Made by a program: the position numbers and the translations under genes | In this document: positions 1 to 11,728 of the stretch, piece by piece | How the letters are laid out: every line of letters starts with the position of its first letter | Position numbering within the stretch: the stretch's first letter is position 1 | Notes under the pieces: model-generated | The model's input: the letters and a program-made list of their open reading frames with translations, nothing else | Told to the model about the DNA's origin: nothing | The model's database searches: none | Assembly: GCA_964057225.1 (NCBI GenBank) | Contig: OZ059896.1 | Coordinates: 7,068,001-7,132,000 of the forward strand | Source: Auanema rhodensis | Lineage: Eukaryota; Animalia; Nematoda | DNA: 64,000 nt | Reading direction: 5' to 3'

Positions 1-1342
1 TGCTCGGACAAGGATTAGTAATTTATAAAAAAAAAGAAGACAGATCCTATTCCTCGGCTCTCGCTTTTTCTCTCTCTCTCTCTCTCTCTCCCTATGTTTC
101 TTTCTTCCTCTCTCTTTTTACCTCTTCTCCCACTCTTCTCTTCCTACAATTCGTCTACCCTCCCACAATCCAGCATCATCTTTCGATTCCATCACCACAG
201 ATCTGAAAATCGTCGTCGTCCATTGAATGTCATAAAAGTTTCTATAGAGTTTTTAATATGTCCTTCTGTTGTAGTTGCCAAGCAAGCTTATAGCTTAGCA
301 TTAAAGAAATGTTCTTGTATAAGAAATATGAAAATAGTTAAATAGACGATTTTACAATATACTATATAATACAGATAGATATACATACATACATATAATT
401 TATTTCTTTTCCCTTTTTTTTTCTTAAATTATGAATATTACAATGATGATACATGAATATTATTATAATATATATAAAACATTTATATAATCATGATGAT
501 AATCTTTTTTTATTTATAAATACAAATATATATTGTAATACAAACATTGATACATGTTTCATCATCATGATTGATCATTTATTAACTTCGACAATATCCA
601 ATTTATTTTTCTTTTATCTAAATAATAAAACAAAAAGATTACAGAATTAATTTGTCTTCTTGAAAATATATATTTTTATTTTTATAAAATAAAATTATAT
701 GAAGTTTTATGTTGCATTCATCAAGTTCATACTTCATACAACTTTTGCAAAAGTTTTAAAGTTGAAACTAATACAGTAATAAAATTAATTTTATACAATT
801 TATGAAATTCCCTTATTTTTTATTAAGAAAATTTTAGAAAAAAGTTGCATATTTGAAATATGAATGGGTTTTCTCCAGAATCTAAAAATGAATCATAGTA
901 ATTGTGTAATATCGTCATGTTCATAAATCTGAAACGCATGTGTCATAAATGGAGGTATGTGTAGCAAAAGCTTATCATGTTTGAATATGCTTTGATGATT
1001 TCAAAACTTAAAGCTATTAAACTTTTGAAAGAATTTTCTTGACGACAGTTTGGAAATATCCATATAATAGAATATGAGAGATGGAATGCTGAAGAAAGTC
1101 ATATAGTTGCGAATAGAAGACGCAAAATGAGAGATTCTGGCAAACGAAGCAAAGGTGACAGAATGAAACTAAAGAACATGGTAGATGACGAATCAAATAA
1201 TAAAATAGCTAAGTGTTATATAAACTTATCAAATGGCTCTTGATGCTATAGGATAGTTTAGTTCAATTCAATTTTTACGTTAAAGAAACATTCTGTGCTT
1301 TCTCCTTTTCTTTTCTAAATTATTTTGCTTTTTAAGGTAAAG

Positions 1343-2267
1343 ATGAAGCTATTTCATGAGAAAATGATGTTTAATTATGTTTTAATATTAGTTTATATGG
1401 TATGAAATTATCTTTTGTTTTACAAATGTTTTTAAATTTTGTCATTAGTGTACCCAAGTACAGTGTGTTGATCCTGTTCCACCGTTACCAGATTTTGACC
1501 CTTTGATATTCTTTGGACGACCAAAATATGGAACATTATATGATAATTCAAATAATAATAAAACAGTAAGATATATTAATTATAAATTATATACTATATG
1601 ATATGGTTAAGGATGCAAATTATGAATATGGGTATTTCAAACAAAAAATTGATCATTTTGATGACAAATCTGATTATTTTAAGCAGGTATAAGAGTATAA
1701 TTTTATAAATTAGTATTTTTGTTGTATAATTAATTTAATTTGATTTCTTATTTTATTATGAAAATTATGATTATTTAGCTTTATTACTATCGAAGCATTG
1801 AAGATTCTTCTTGCGTATTTCTAATTCTTGGAGGAAATGGCAATTTCTCAGATAATTCGGTTAGAATTCTAAAGATAAATACTTAAAGTATTTAAAATTA
1901 AAACATAATATATCTTTCTATTCTGCAGATAACAGCAAAAAATTCTCCTTTTCTTGAATGGGCTGAGATGAACAGAGCTAGTATCTTTGGCTTAGAGCAT
2001 AGGTATTATGGCACAAGTCTGCCATTCAAGTAAGATAATTTTGCAAAATTTCGATTAACATGAGGAAATGGATAATTTGATTTCAAATGTTATATTCCAG
2101 TAAGGACTCATTAAGAACGGAAAATTTGAAATATTTAACGATTGAGCAAACTGTTGAGGATATAGCCTATTTCATTGAAACAAAGAGAAAGGAAAATGAT
2201 ATACCTGAACATCATAAATGGATTATATTTGGTGGTTCACATGCGGGTAAGAGTTAAAAAAGAAAAA

Positions 2268-2307
<40 letters not shown>

Positions 2308-5300
2308 AATTATATTTTTATTATAAATAATGATTTTAGGATCAATTGCACTTTGGGCTCGTCAAAAGTATCCTGAACTTATATTTGGAGCTGTTGCTAG
2401 TTCAGCACCGTTGCAAGCAAAAATTGACTTTTATGGTTAATTCAATTATAAAATAAATAAATTAAAAACAATAAATTAAATAATTTAGAATATGGAATGA
2501 GTATTGAATCATTATTCTCATCTGATTCCGAATGCTATGAGAAAGTTGCAAAAACATTTAGTCAATTTATTGACCAATTCAAGAACGATCGAGCAAATCT
2601 TGCTAAAGAATTAAAGTTTGTTTATTTATTAAAAATAATTTAAAAATAAAAAATATTAAGTATAAAATATGATGCAAATCAAGATAATGTTGATTATACA
2701 TCAGATCAATTTTTATTTTGGACATTACAACAACCATTTCAAATTATAACTCAATATTATAATGTTGGAACAGTAAGTTTTGAACTTTGATATAGTTAAA
2801 TTTTTATTTTTTCTTCTAATATTCTAGAGATTTCAAGATTTTGGTCTAAAAGATATTTGCGATATATTCAAAAATGCAGATGATAAAACTCCTCTTTTCA
2901 CAGCAATTAAAACAGCTTACGGTATAGTAGAATTGAAGAATTTTTATTTTTATTTTTAAAATTTTAGAAAAATATTATAAACAACCAATTACTGAACTTA
3001 ACACTAACTATGCTAGTGCTGTTGCAACTTTAAAATCTGAAGATATGACAACAGTATCATATGATTGTAAGCAAATTATTTTTTAATTATTATTAATATT
3101 ATTTCCTACTTTTTTATTTATTTTTCAATATTTCAATATTATTTAAACTTAAAAAAAATGTCAAACTTTCTATTTTCATAGACGAAAATCGTTTATGGCT
3201 TTGGCAATTGTGTACGCAATTAGGATATTCTATAACAACTGATAATGGGTTAGATACAACGCTGTTTGGTTCCACAGTATCAACTAGGTATTGAGATTAC
3301 GGTAGATTAAAAAATATTAAAAATATAATGTTTGAAGTTTGTTTGCTGAACTATGTAAAGATGTATTTGGTTTGAGTATTAACGATGTCATTGCTGGCAT
3401 TGAAGCGACAAATTCAAAGTTTGGAGGAATAGCTGGGTATACGGTATATGAACTTCGATAAAACAGTGTTTTTGAACAAAAATTATTATTATTTAGGGTA
3501 CAAATGTAATATTTATTACTGGAACATATGATCCATTTCAATATTTAACTAAACAAAATGGAACGAATAAAAGTATTCGATCATTATATACTAAAGGTTA
3601 TATTATCTAAATAGTTTTGTTTAAAAATTAATTTAATTAATTCAGGAGGTAGTCATACTTCAGATATGTATCCATCTGATGATCAAAACATTAAGAACAC
3701 TCAAAATGCTATTAAAACGTACATTAGAGATTGGTTCAAAAATAAGGATACACCATTACATGGTGATATATTCTTGCTTCAAACTCATTATTTCTCTTTA
3801 TTTTAAGCTTCAACTGTAGCACCATGGGATGTCGAATTTAGAGTTAAAAAGACATTCAATAGCAATGCAACAGTTTTACAGAGTCATGTCACTCATGAAG
3901 TATGTGTTTTTATATTTTTTTTTGTAATTTTATATGTAATTTCAGCATATACCTATAGCAGCTTTTGATGTCAAGCCTGATATTAAATTAAAACTTTCTC
4001 AAGTTTTCTTTGGTCGTCCACCATATGGCTTCACACCATCACCTAAATGGGTTAATGATAACGAAAATTCTGGAATCAGAGGCCAAATTACACAAAGGTT
4101 GAACCATGAAGATGAGAATAGTCCACGTTTTCAACAGGTTTATATCTAAACATACTTATTTTTGTTAATTTTAATATAATGATCTTTCAAGTTTTATTGC
4201 CAATACGGAGAATATGAAAAACCAGATGGTCCAGTGTATTTGGTAATAGGTGGAGAATCAGGCATAGATTGTAATTGGATTATTGATAATTCATCAACAT
4301 ACGTCCAAATGGCAAAAGAAGCTCATGCTACCTTGTATTTCTTGGAACATCGATTCTATGGAAATAGTAGAGTTCAAGGGTATAAGTTGTAATATAAGTT
4401 GTATTTCTATATATTTCTATTTAGATATAATAATTTGAAATATTTAACTATGTCTCAAGCAATTGAAGATATTGGAAGTTTCATTGAATTCAAGAAATCA
4501 AAACATTTAAAAAAGCAATGGATCTTGTTTGGATCATCATATGCTGGTATATCTTATACTATATTATTATTATTATTATTTACTAAAATAATATATTTGT
4601 TCAGCAACCTTAGCAGCAATAGCTCGAATAAGATTCCCTGATATAATTGCCGGTGCTGTAGGTGGTTCAGCATTTTTAAATCCACAGTTTACATATTTGA
4701 GTATAGTCACTGTATAAATTATAAAATAATTTATTTATTATATAGGAAATACTATGCAAATGGAATTAATTATACGTAATCTTAAAGATTCTTGTGCAAA
4801 TGGTATACAAAAAGCATTTACTGAATTAAGAAATGCTGTAATGACAGCAGATGTTGCAGCAAAGTTTGGTACTAATTTCAAGTAAGTTATAATATTTATA
4901 TGTATAATTAAATATTTAAATTAATAATAATATTACAGTATGTTTGAAGATCGAAAGTTAGAAACTATAGATGATCGTCAATATTTCTTTTATATATTAT
5001 ATAGTGCTATACAAGGATCATTATTTTTTAATGAACAAAAACTTGTAATAATTCAAGTTTTTCAACAAATTTATTTTATTTTTCTTAAATTAAGGATGAT
5101 GCACCAGCTTTTCTAACAATGTGTGAATCATTAGAAAAAGGAAGTATAGAAGGTTTATCGAGTTATATGGATTATTCAAATGCTATATATGAGGTAAAAT
5201 AATAGTATTTCTTATAATATTTTCTTATTTTATGTATTATAGGCTGACACAATACTTTCAAGAACAAGTGTTATTAATGTTTTAAAAGATATTTATGATT

Positions 5301-6150
5301 CTCATGAAAAATATGATAATAGTTAGTTATAACATTAATTATAATTTTTTTTAAATAAAATAAATTTATAGAAGATATTGCTACTGCTAATTGGATTTGG
5401 CAATCATGCTCTGAATTGGTCAGTTTTCCAAGTGCAGATTCAGGTGCAAGCATATTTGGAACTCCTACATATGTTGAGTATGTTATATAAATTATAATTT
5501 TTTTATAGTTAAAATAATAATTATTTCAGTTTCTTTGTTAGATTTTGCAAAGATGTTTTTCATTCAAATTTATCAAATACTTCATCAATAGATTTTGATA
5601 ATACAGCTCGAATTACATCTTATTTAATTGATAATTACATATTTAACGTAAGAATTATTATTTAAAATATGTTTTTTTATTTTATTTTATTTTTAGAGTG
5701 ATGATATGATATTTGTTAATGGAGGTTCTGATCCAAGACTTTACTTAAATATTCCAAAAGATTGTTCAAAAGAAATTGATATGACCGTAATTAACAGTAA
5801 TAATTTATTGAAATTTATAAAAATTAAATATTTATTTTTAGAAACATCTCATTCAGCTTTATTTTATCCAGCAAGTGATAATGATCCTGTTGAATTAATT
5901 CAAATTAGAAAAGCTATAGTTTCAAAAAGTAAAACATGGACAGCCCATTTGATTACAACAACAGAATCACCTGATATTTCGACAACTAGTGGTAATGGTG
6001 ATGATTCTACAACAAGTCAAATTGCAACAACAACAACAACAGGTAAGCTTCATTATACATTATTAAATTATTTAATAATTTCTTTTAGACTCTGTATCGA
6101 AATTGACCATTTCATTAAGTATATATCTTATTTCTTTGTTTTTAATTTAG
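1343..6150 (+). CDS. Multi-exon S28 family serine carboxypeptidase (prolylcarboxypeptidase-like) with two tandem S28 domains, Thr-rich stalk and hydrophobic C-terminus (probable GPI signal)
   Basis: Spliced translation, domain 1: FKQKIDHF, GLEHRYYG, LKYLTIEQTVEDIAYF, WIIFGGSHAG, GAVASSAP, WLWQLCTQLG, TGTYDP, GGSHTSD. Domain 2: FLGRPPYG, YLVIGGE, LEHRFYG, LKYLTMSQAIED, ILFGSSYA, WIWQSCSE, NGGSDP, TSHSAL. Ends TTTT..LSIYLISLFLI*. Confidence 0.9.
2272..2302. repeat. (TA)n microsatellite in an S28 gene intron
   Basis: About 15 TA units. Confidence 0.9.
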
Positions 6151-8955
6151 TTTTAATAATTCTTGATTTAAATAATAAAATTTTCATTTATTTATTTATT
6201 TATAAATAATTATATTATTAATTATACTAATTATAAAACTTATTTTATTACTTCTTTACTCATAAGCTAAAACTGCAAATATATTTTTTTTGTCTCTTCT
6301 TCAATGAATGAACAAGACACAACAACACACATGATAGTTAAATGTACGACGTTAAGTCAGTTGTTCATTCTCCTTTCTCAGACTCACCTTCTCTTTCTAT
6401 CTCTTTCTATCTCTCTCTCTCTCTATATCTCTCTCTATCTATCTATCTCTATCAATCTATTTCCCTCTGAATTTTCTATTACTATCTTAAGTTTTCATTA
6501 TCACTTTCTATTGATGTCTGCACAATAGATCAGTAATTTAACTGAGCGGGGGAGTGTAGCTTTGTGAAGAACATATTTTTAACTGTGAAGAAGCTAAGTT
6601 AAAACAAAATGAAAAATAGAAAAAAAAAACAAATTCATTCAAACACAGGAAATTCTTTTAAAATTTGGAAATTGTTGATGAGAATCTTCAATTAAATAAA
6701 CGTTTAATAAATATTTTCTATATTTAAAATAATTTTAAATTAAAATTATAATAATCAATTAAAATATTTTAATTAATTATATTTTACTTTAACTAACATT
6801 TTTAAAAAAATTTATTTCATTTCTCTATAAAACTCAAAACATGTGCCTTAGTTAAAATCTAAAAAGCTTGTCGGGAAGCAACACCATATGGCAAAAGCTA
6901 AAGCTAAGAATTGTGCTGTAACATTCAGTGAATTCGTCTTTGTTTTCATCTTCTCCTTCGTCTTCATCGTCTTCATCATTTCCATCTTCTTACTATGTAT
7001 TTTCTACTTTTTAATCTTATTTTCTAAACTTTTCCAGAACATTCTGGATAATTATTAAAAAAATGTTTTATTACAATAAAGATTTTTCATTTATTTTAGT
7101 AATTTTTATATTAATTACAAGCAAATATTTCTTATTTTCTTTTTTAAATTATAATTAACAAAGTTTTTATTATTTTTTTCAAATTTATCAATCTTTCTAC
7201 TACTGTACTGTAATCTATACATTGAAAATGTAATGAAGATAACATTCAACTCTTTCGATTATTCCAAGAAGCTATCTAAGAAAAAAAAAGAAAAAGATAA
7301 ACCGAGCTAAACCATCTCCTCCTACTCGTTCCACTTCTGCTCTTCCTTCCAATTTTCTTCAACCTTTTTTTCAAATTTTCTCTATATATATCATTGATCT
7401 CTCAATCATATTGTGTCTAACATTATCTCTTGATCAATGCTCTGACTATGGCAACTAGAATCAGCTACTAAGGTCTTCATCATTCATAGATCTGAGAGAC
7501 GAAATAAAGAAAATACATATATTAACACAAACTTTATATATATAAATATATATATACAAGAGGTTCAGACAGTTAGAGATAATGAAAAGAAGTCTGTCGC
7601 TGATGCGGGGGCTGAGAAAGGAGGAGCTGGCACAGCCAACGGCATTACAGCGGGACCTATGGTTCCTATCTCACCCCCCTCATTTTCTCTAAAACTCTCT
7701 TTATTTTTCTCTTTTGCTCTCTTATTTCTTTTAACTATCTGCCTTTCTCTCTTCAATTTCTATACTACTTACTCCGTTTTTTCATCGTCGATTTCTGTTG
7801 CTTATCATCTGTTTCGTTCACTTTCTGCTATCTAGCCCAGCTTCTTCTTTCAGCCTCTCTCCCCCCCCCCCTCAACCAGCTACCCAGAAACTCCCAGCCT
7901 TCCCGGCTAATGTGCCTCAGTAGTTCTATACAGTGGAAAAGTCTTCACAAGAATATGATTTTCTTTCTTCCTTCATTTTCATTTTCTGTAATTTTAATTT
8001 TCAAATTTAGAATTTTCATTTCTACCCATGTCCTTACGTGTTGTTTCTCAAAGCTTTTTCATAAAATAATTTGTGTAGAAATCTTATATTTTAAATTTTA
8101 AAATTAATTTACAACAAAAATTATTTTATTTTAATAAATTGAAACTATTTTTTCAAAAAATGTAAATGGCTTTCTTTCGTACAAAGATCTATTATTACAA
8201 CATGGCTTAATGCTTTAACGCCCACCATATTATCCAATTTTTTGAATTTAAACCGTAGTGCAAGAGGAATATTACTGTTTGATATGTAAGCCTCAGGCAC
8301 ATTTTCCAAAAAATTATATATTTTTGAAAGTTGGCGTTACTCTGATTTTCTTTTTTGTCTTTTTCCGAAGTTTGTATAATTTGCTGTCACTTGTAGTATT
8401 CACCTATTTCTCTAACACCTTCTATAAATTTTCTTTATATCTTTCTATCTACTGTCCCTTTGCATCTGTTCCCTCTTCTCTCTTCAATATCTCTCATCCG
8501 TTGTGGTGGGTTGTAGGAAGGTGATGAGGTTGTGAGGAAGGATCTCCTCTTCTCCTCCTCCGCTATCATCTCTCTTGTCTTCTTGCCTACGGCCACATGT
8601 CAAGCGAGGGCAGGAAATGCCTGTCTCTTCTGTTTTTCAGATTCTTATTTCTCTTTTTCTTTTTTTCTCTTATCTTCTATCACTCTTTCAATAGTTTATC
8701 AAATCCCTTTATTCTTCATACAAGCTATTCACATCAGCCAGTCTCTGTCCATCTTTATTGGTGATCATTCCAACATGTATTCCAGCATTATCTCTTCTGT
8801 CGTTTACCATGTAAAGATTTGAAACTTGAAACTTAATAATGTTTCTAAATATTATTTTATATGTTGTAGTAAATATTTCGTTTCAATTTATAAATAGAAT
8901 TAATTACAACTCTTCTTATTATTATATATCATATTTTAGCGAATTTTGAACCAGA

Positions 8956-10779
8956 ATGTCTGACTTTGACGAGGGTCTTCGTTACGGTGGTCAACAAGCC
9001 GATGAGGGCGATGTGAGTAAAGTCATTCAAATTTTCCTTAAGTTCTAGAAAATTCTCAATTATTGATATTTATGATGTTTGTTCCGAATCAAGTTACATC
9101 AGTTGATTTCAGGATGCTGCCCGCAAGGCTCAGGAACGTGAGGCCAAGAAGGCTGAGGTTCGTAAGCGCTTGGAGGAAGCCGGAAACAAGAAGAAGTCTA
9201 AGAAAGGTTTCTTGACTCCTGAAAGAAAGAAGAAGCTCAGAGTATGTTCAGACATTTTTCATTCAAGATAGTATTACCAATGACCATATTTGCAGAAGCT
9301 TCTTATGATCAAGGCCGCTGAAGACCTCAAGAGACAACAGTTACTTAAGGAACAAGAACGACAAAAGATTCTTGCTCAAAGAACTATTCCCCTTCCTGAT
9401 GTTGATTCCATCGATGACAAGGGTAGGTTAATGCCTTTCGAAAAGAAAAAGCTAAGAAACTCTTTCTGATATTTCTCCATCATGTTATTCAATATTATTT
9501 GAATATGATACCTACCTTTTTATCTTTTATTTTATCATGTAAAATCTATATAAACTGACTATTTATAGTTATATTACAAGAGTTAACTCAGTTTTTTTTT
9601 AAATGGAATGCCTCGTTTACCATTGATTCTATAAGCGTTCCAATACATCTCGTTTAAAGCTTACACTTTGGTGATCGATCCTCATTCTTTCTCTCTCTCT
9701 CTCATTCATACATCCTCATTCCCTCTCTCTCATTCTCACCTTTTCTTTCTTACAACTTTTTTGTTCTCTCTATCTCTCTAAAGTTTTCATTTTATTTCTC
9801 TTCTTCTTTCATTCTCTTTGCTTTTTCACTTGTGCTCATTCAATGAATGATGTGTAATAGAAAAGAAAAGCAAAACTCAATACAAAATATTTCTTCACTG
9901 AATCTTAAAACTTTATCTTCCAATTCAATAATTTTAAATTCTAATATAAAAAATATTTTCTTTTTATCAATCTATCTTATATGTTATAATTTAGGCAAAC
10001 TTGAGCAAATCTACAATGACATGTTCGAGCGTGTCTGCAAGCTTGAAGAGGAGAAGTACGACATCAACCGCATTGTCACCCAGGCTGAGGTTTGTTTTAT
10101 ATAAATTTGTAACATCTTTGTATTATTTAGATGAAACATTATCATTTATTATTTCAATTAAAATATATTTTTAGTCTGAAATTAACGAGCTTACCATCGC
10201 CGTCAACGATCTCCGAGGAAAATTGTAAGCTTGTTATGAATTTTTCAAAAATGCTTCATCTCAATATTTTAGCGTTAAGCCAACCTTGAAGAAGGTTTCC
10301 AAGTATGAGAACAAGTTCAAGACCACCAAGATCAACACCGTAAGTTCTTTGTTTTCATTATTTTCTTGTTGTTATTGGGTTTTGACCCTTTTCATAAATA
10401 TAAGCAATTCGATTATGAATTGAAATTTCTTTCAGCAAACCGAAAAGCAAGATTTCCGTGCCAACCTCAAGGTTGTCAAGAAGGAGAATGCTATTGAGAA
10501 CATCATGAGCAAGACCAAGAAGAACACTGAGAAGCCAGACTGGTCCAAGAAGCCAGCTACAGATGAGCCAAAGGACGACAAGAAGGAAGAGGTATGTGCT
10601 TACTTTCACTTCTCAAGCACTGACAAGTTGCATTTATAGGCCAAGGAAGAAGCCCCAGCTGAGCCAGAACCAGCCGCTGAGGAAGGTAAGTAGCTTTTTC
10701 AAAATTCAATGAATGTCCATTTACTCAACTTGTTTCAGTTGAAGAAGAGGAGGAGGAAGAGGAGGAGGAGGAGGAATAA
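8956..10779 (+). CDS. tni-1: Troponin I (body-wall muscle type; tni-1/unc-27-like) with poly-Glu tail
   Basis: [103 protein letters not shown]. The paralogue assignment is tentative. Confidence 0.93.
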
Positions 10780-11026
10780 GCTCCACGCCTCTCAACAATT
10801 TGTAATCTCCATCTTTGGCACTTTTTTGTCCAAAAAAATAAATCATATAATGTACCACTTCGATGCTTTGAACTATTTTTACATTTTATAGCCTTCCTGA
10901 CAATAATAAATGAATTCAAATTACCTGATTTAGAAAATTTTGTTTAATAAAATAAGTTTGCTAAGAAGCTAAACTTATAATATATAATTTTTAATATTAA
11001 ATATGATTATTGAGTGACGTCTTATT

Positions 11027-11031
<5 letters not shown>

Positions 11032-11094
<63 letters not shown>
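11032..11094. repeat. (TC)n microsatellite between the convergent troponin I and flp-13 genes
   Basis: About 31 uninterrupted CT/TC units. Confidence 0.97.
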
Positions 11095-11099
<5 letters not shown>

Positions 11100-11728
11100 G
11101 CATATAAAAAAAACATTTCGGATTATTTTGTTGTAAAATTGCTTTCGAAGCAAAAAAAAATAGATTATGCATCATGTAACAACGAATCTTTTCTTTACTC
11201 GTTCTCACAATAAATCTGAGCACCTACTACACAACTGGCTGACAGACAGACGATGAGAATGAGATGAAGATAATCAGAATAGTTTTGTGAATAATGACAA
11301 AGATGGAATATGTCTGAATCACGGACATCATTGTATTTTGGACACAAACTCATGAAGTTAGCACAATTAGTTCTTGCGGGATTTGATAATATCATTTTTT
11401 TTTCGTTTGAAATAAAATAAGTAATAAAGAAAATAAATAGGAAAACGAAATACAACCAAATACATATTGGGATTACGAGAACAATCTGTTGAATGAGTTT
11501 CAATTTACTTGACTTATATACTTCATGATTAGTCAATTCGTACATTTGCCAGAACATTGTCTCATCTTCTTATAGCTCAAACAAGTCGTCAACTGCAGCA
11601 AAGAGAGTGAACAATTGTAGAAATAAATGGACAATGAATAAGCACAAAACGAGACAAATATGGCATCAGATGTAATAGAAAGTATGAAGTCGGGAGCAAA
11701 TCGGTTTGGCTGTACTGTGCTAAGCAGC

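Noticed and set aside
94-650. ORFs 94..345 and 453..650
   Set aside because: Low-complexity TC/AT-rich sequence with no recognisable motifs or splice context
880-1200. Purine-rich stretch with open - strand frames upstream of the S28 gene
   Set aside because: Could not build a start-to-stop model or recognise a protein
6304-8822. Several Leu/Ser/Phe-rich ORFs upstream of troponin I
   Set aside because: They arise from TC-rich promoter DNA; translations are compositional artefacts
10358-11223. ORFs with poly-Ser, poly-Arg, LSLS and ERER runs
   Set aside because: Shadow frames of the troponin poly-Glu tail and the (TC)n microsatellite
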